Below are positions 59,547-64,000 of a stretch of DNA of 64,000 nt, in pieces. How positions within the stretch are numbered: position 1 is the stretch's first letter; every line of letters starts with the position of its first letter. The DNA is taken from assembly GCA_002269645.1 (NCBI GenBank), contig NIVC01000985.1, positions 62,001 to 126,000 of the forward strand, written 5' to 3'. This DNA is from Macrostomum lignano (taxonomy: Eukaryota). Below the pieces are notes generated by a model. That model had not been told where the DNA came from. It did not search any database and saw only the letters and a list, made by a program, of their open reading frames with translations. The position numbers and the translations under genes are program-made.

Positions 59547-60962
59547 TCAGGGGCGATTCTTGACTGGGTTGGTGCTAGGGGCGATTCTTGGCTGGGCTGG
59601 TGTCGGGCGATTCTTGACTGGGTTGGTGTTAGGGGCGATTCTTGACTGGGCTAATAGTGTCAGGGGCGATTCTTGACTGGGCTGGTGTCAGGGGCGATTC
59701 TTGGCTGGGTTGGTGTCAGGGGCGATTCTTGTCTGGGCTGGTGTCAGGGGCGATTCTTGTCTGGGCTGGTGTCAGGGGCGATTCTTGGCTGGGCTAGTGT
59801 TAGGGGCGATTCTTGTCTGGGCTGGTGTCAGGGGCGATTCTTGGCTGGGCTGGTGTTAGGAGCGATTCTTGACTGGGCTAATGGTGTCAGGGGCGATTCT
59901 TGACTGGGCTAATGGTGTCAGGGGCGATTCTTTGCTGGGTTGGTGTCAGGGGCGATTTTTGGTTGGGCGATTCTTGTCTGGGCTGGTGTCAGGGGCGATT
60001 CTTGGCTGGGCTAGTGTTAGGGGCGATTCTTGTCTGGGCTGGTGTCAGGGGCGATTCTTGACTGGGTTGGTGTTAGGGGCGATTCTTGTCTGGGCTGGTG
60101 TCAGGGGCGATTTTTGGCTGGGCTGGTGTTAGGAGCGATTCTTGACTGGGCTAATGGTGTCAGGGGCGATTCTTGACTGGGCTGGTGTCAGGGGCGATTC
60201 TTTGCTGGGTTGGTGTCAGGGGCGATTTTTGGTTGGGCTGGTGTCAGGGGCGATTTTTGGTTGGGCTGGTGTCAGGGGCGATTTTTGGTTGGGCTGGTGT
60301 CAGGGGCGATTTTTGGTTGGGCTGGTGTCAGGGGCGATTTTTGGTTGGGCTGGTGTCAGGGGCGATTTTTGGTTGGGCTGGTGTCAGGGGCGATTTTTGG
60401 TTGGGCTGGTGTCGGGCGATTCTTGACTGGGTTGGTGTTAGGGGCGATTCTTGACTGGGCTAATAGTGTCAGGGGCGATTCTTGACTGGGCTGGTGTCAG
60501 GGGCGATTTTTGGTTGGGCTGGTGTCAGGGGCGATTTTTGGTTGGGCTGGTGTCAGGGGCGATTCATGGCTGGGTTAGTGTCAGGGGCGATTTTTGGTTG
60601 GGCTGGTGTCAGGGGCGATTCATGGCTGGGTTAGTGTCAGAGGCGATTCTTGGTTGGGCTGGTGTCAGGGGCGATTCATGGCTGGGTTAGTGTCAGAGGC
60701 GATTCTTGTCTGGGCTGGTGTCAGGGGCGATTCATGGCTGGGTTAGTGTCAGAGGCGATTCTTGTCTGGGCTGGTGTCAGGGGCGATTCATGGCTGGGTT
60801 AGTGTCAGAGGCGATTCTTGTTTGGGCTGGTGTCAGGGGCGATTCATGGCTGGGTTAGTGTCAGAGGCGATTCTTGTTTGGGCTGGTGTCAGGGGCGATT
60901 CTTGGCTGGGCTAGTGTTAGGGGCGATTCTTGTCTGGGCTGGTGTCAGGGGCGATTCTTGGT
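59547..60962. repeat. 24-26-bp G-rich minisatellite (ggggcgattcttgactgggctggtgtca) between EXOSC4 and the DUSP ATG
   Basis: About 55 units. Confidence 0.96.
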
Positions 60963-61310
60963 TGGTCTGCTATCTAAAAACTTTACAGCTGAAAAAAAGT
61001 GTTTATTACAGAAAAAATTATGCTGCAATAAGTGAAATTAAAATGCAAACACAAACGAGCCGTTTTTGTCATTCCTTTATTTCTAGTCCAAAGTTTAGAA
61101 CATAACAACGATTTCAAGTACGAATACAGAGTAAATGTAGGAAATGCACAGCGCAGTTTGCTTCCAACAACAAGGGGGTGAAAAGATTCATGGGAATTAC
61201 AGGGAGAACCAGAGGGGAATCCGGTGGGGATTTCACAGGAGAATCAGACAGGAAGTGGGAAGTCTCCATGGAATTAAAGAAATCAGAATCATGGCAACTC
61301 AGCGAGATGA

Positions 61311-62586
61311 TCAGGCGGCGGACTGGAAGCAGCAGGCGGCAAGCAGGTGAGCCTTGACGTCCTGGCCAAGCTGGTTGGCAACGCAGGCGCAGGCGCGCGA
61401 GGCGCAGGCCAGCAGGGGGTCCAGCTGTTGGGAGTGCAGCCTGGCGCCAACGGACGCGTGCAGAACCCGCTGGCCAACGCAGGCGACGGTGAGGCTGGGC
61501 AGCCCGGCGCTCTGCTCGTAGGAGTTCAAATCAACCAGGGGCGCTTGGTCGCAGTAGCCAACGGTGACAGCGGCAAGGTGGCCTCGCATGGCTACGCCGG
61601 CGTCCATCAGCGCGAGGCTGACGGCGTTAATAGCGGCCGACAGTTCGGAGCCGTCAGATTGAAGCACCTGATTGATTATGAAGGAAGCGTTGCAGGTGAA
61701 ATTTTCTTGTTTTCTATAATGTGCATGCAATTTATATCCGCGGTGATTTCCAATACAGAGATTAACTTTCTAATGTAATTAAAACAGAGGATAAAAATCC
61801 CATAGAGCTTCAAACTTATAAACACGAATACTCGCAGGAGGGCAGTGACCACCCTGGTGCAGCGCCTTCACGCTCACACAGGATGTACAGCGGCCCTGAA
61901 CTTCTAATCTAGTCAGGCATGCACACTCTGTGCCTTGGGGTGCTGGCCCTCAAGGTTAGTGAATCGCACGACAGCCTTCCCTGTGCCAATTTGTGGTGCG
62001 CACGCTCCAAATTGAATGCGGCCGGCCGCGCACGGAATCGAACCTGGGGTCGTGGCGCAATAGTCAGATGGATTTCTAAGAAAGCAAGGTTAACTAAATC
62101 CTACACATTGCCGTGTCGGAAATTTTCAATGTTTTTTTCTGCAGAACAGGTAACCGAAATCCGAGAGATAAGTTCTAGTTAATCCAGAACCTTCCATCTC
62201 CAAAGCCAAAAACATGCCTGAACTCGAATCTCAATCTGAGACCGTCTGTACAGCTGCTTGAGCACAACGCCGCCCAGGGCCTCCTCGATGAGCAGGGCGG
62301 TCTCGTCCTGCTTGCGGTCGCCGCGGCCCCGGCGCCGACGCTCCGTCATGCTGGCAAACGGCGGCTTGTTGTACAACACGCGCAGCACGCAGTCCTCCTC
62401 GGGTGACAGGTCGGCAGCTCTGGCCTGAGCGGGGCCGTGCACAGTGGCTAACAGGCGCGAGTTGCCGTGCTCAAGCAGAGCCGAGCCGTCAGCCTGCGGC
62501 TGCGTGCCTAATTGGGCCCTCAACAGGCGGTGCTCGTTTGGCCGGCGACCGTCAACTCGACGACCGTTGAGTAGGATGTCCGTCAT
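61311..62586 (-). CDS. EXOSC4: Exosome complex component RRP41, 2 coding exons with a GC-AG intron
   Basis: Exons 62586-62218 and 61667-61311. Motifs GRRVDGRRPNEHR, ADGSALLEHGNSRLLATVHGP, IEIRVQ|VLQSDG and AVSLALMDAGVAM (RNase PH fold). Confidence 0.95.
61835..62070 (-). mobile_element. tRNA-derived SINE, family A, in the EXOSC4 intron
   Basis: gccacgaccccaggttcgattccg head plus the core. Confidence 0.8.
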
Positions 62587-62779
62587 TAGGGAATCCGGGT
62601 TCTACTCTGGGCGAATACTGCCGAACTGTAAGCAAAAATAGGTGATCAATTGAGACTCGAACTCGCGTCTCGCGATAGGTGACTCATGCGACTTGTCACT
62701 TGGGAATTGGGGAGGGTTTTCATGGGAAGTTAGTTTTTTAGGGGGGGATTAGAGGAGATTCTGAAGGGGATCAAATTAG

Positions 62780-63790
62780 AGGAGATTTATAAGGGGAATT
62801 CGAGTAGATTCTTAAGTGGAATTTGAGTAGATTCTTAAGTGGAATTAGAGGAGATTCTTAAGTGGAATTTGAGTAGATTCTTAAGTGGAATTAGAGTAGA
62901 TTCTTAAGTGGAATTTGAGTAGATTCTTAAGTGGAATTCGAGGAGATTCTTAAGTGGAATTAGAGTAGATTCTTAAGTGGAATTTGAGTAGATTCTTAAG
63001 TGGAATTCGAGGAGATTCTTAAGTGGAATTAGAGTAGATTCTTAAGTGGAATTTGAGTAGATTCTTAAGTGGAATTCGAGGAGATTCTTAAGTGGAATTA
63101 GAGGAGATTCTTAAGTGGAATTCGAGTAGATTCTTAAGTGGAATTTGAGTAGATTCTTAAGTGGAATTAGAGGAGATTCTAAGTGGAATTCGAGTAGATT
63201 CTTAAGTGGAATTAGAGGAGATTCTTAAGTGGAATTCGAGTAGATTCTTAAGTGGAATTTGAGTAGATTCTTAAGTGGAATTAGAGGAGATTCTTAAGTG
63301 GAATTAGAGTGGATTCTTAAGTGGAATTAGAGTGGATTCTTAAGTGGAATTAGAGTGGATTCTTAAGTGGAATTAGAGGAGATTCTTAAGTGGAATTAGA
63401 GTGGATTCTTAAGTGGAATTAGAGGAGATTCTTAAGTGGAATTAGAGTGGATTCTTAAGTGGAATTAGAGTAGATTCTTAAGTGGAATTTGAGTAGATTC
63501 TTAAGTGGAATTAGAGGAGATTCTTAAGTGGAATTAGAGTGGATTCTTAAGTGGAATTAGAGGAGATTCTTAAGTGGAATTAGAGTGGATTCTTAAGTGG
63601 AATTAGAGTAGATTCTTAAGTGGAATTTGAGTAGATTCTTAAGTGGAATTAGAGGAGATTCTTAAGTGGAATTAGAGTGGATTCTTAAGTGGAATTAGAG
63701 GAGATTCTTAAGTGGAATTAGAGGAGATTCTTAAGTGGAATTAGAGTAGATTTTTAAGTGGAATTTGATGAGAATTTTTGGTGGAATCAG
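62780..63790. repeat. 26-bp satellite (gattcttaagtggaattagaggta)
   Basis: About 38 copies upstream of EXOSC4. Confidence 0.96.
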
Positions 63791-64000
63791 AGGAGATTCT
63801 AAAAGTATATTTAAAGGATATTATTAAGTGGAATTTAAAGAGATACATAAGTGGAATTGGAGAAGATTCTAAAAGGACATTCATTTAAGATTCCTATAAG
63901 AAGTTCGAGATTCATAATCGTTATTGTAAGGAAATTAACGAGATCAAGAGATGTTATACTATAGGCTAGCTAGAGTTTCATATGCCACAGTCACACTTTA

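Noticed and set aside
59673-61105. Multiple GVRGD/WCQGRF ORFs
   Set aside because: Translation of the G-rich minisatellite.

Overview
This is eukaryotic, intron-containing metazoan DNA. GC-, Ala- and Gln-rich exons alternate with AT-rich introns packed with minisatellites and SINEs; the style suggests a flatworm such as Macrostomum, but that is an inference. Ten protein-coding genes can be assembled by hand. Two head-to-tail minus-strand runs (EFL1 > synaptobrevin/VAMP > TIMELESS > TMF1, and EXOSC4 > DUSP > BABAM1 > PUS10) flank two plus-strand genes: an LRR + ZU5-like protein and an orphan low-complexity protein. Mobile DNA includes two tRNA-derived SINE families, two decayed non-LTR RT fragments, a mariner deletion derivative and MITEs. 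The best non-obvious signal is four paralogous ~150-nt box H/ACA RNAs on the minus strand: two back-to-back in the TIMELESS intron and two upstream of its ATG. Their 3' hairpin pocket is complementary to the U2 snRNA branch-point recognition region around U34, so they look like a U2 pseudouridine-34 guide (scaRNA-like) family. No prokaryotic systems or CRISPR arrays are supported. Exon boundaries were inferred by eye, and repeat boundaries are approximate.
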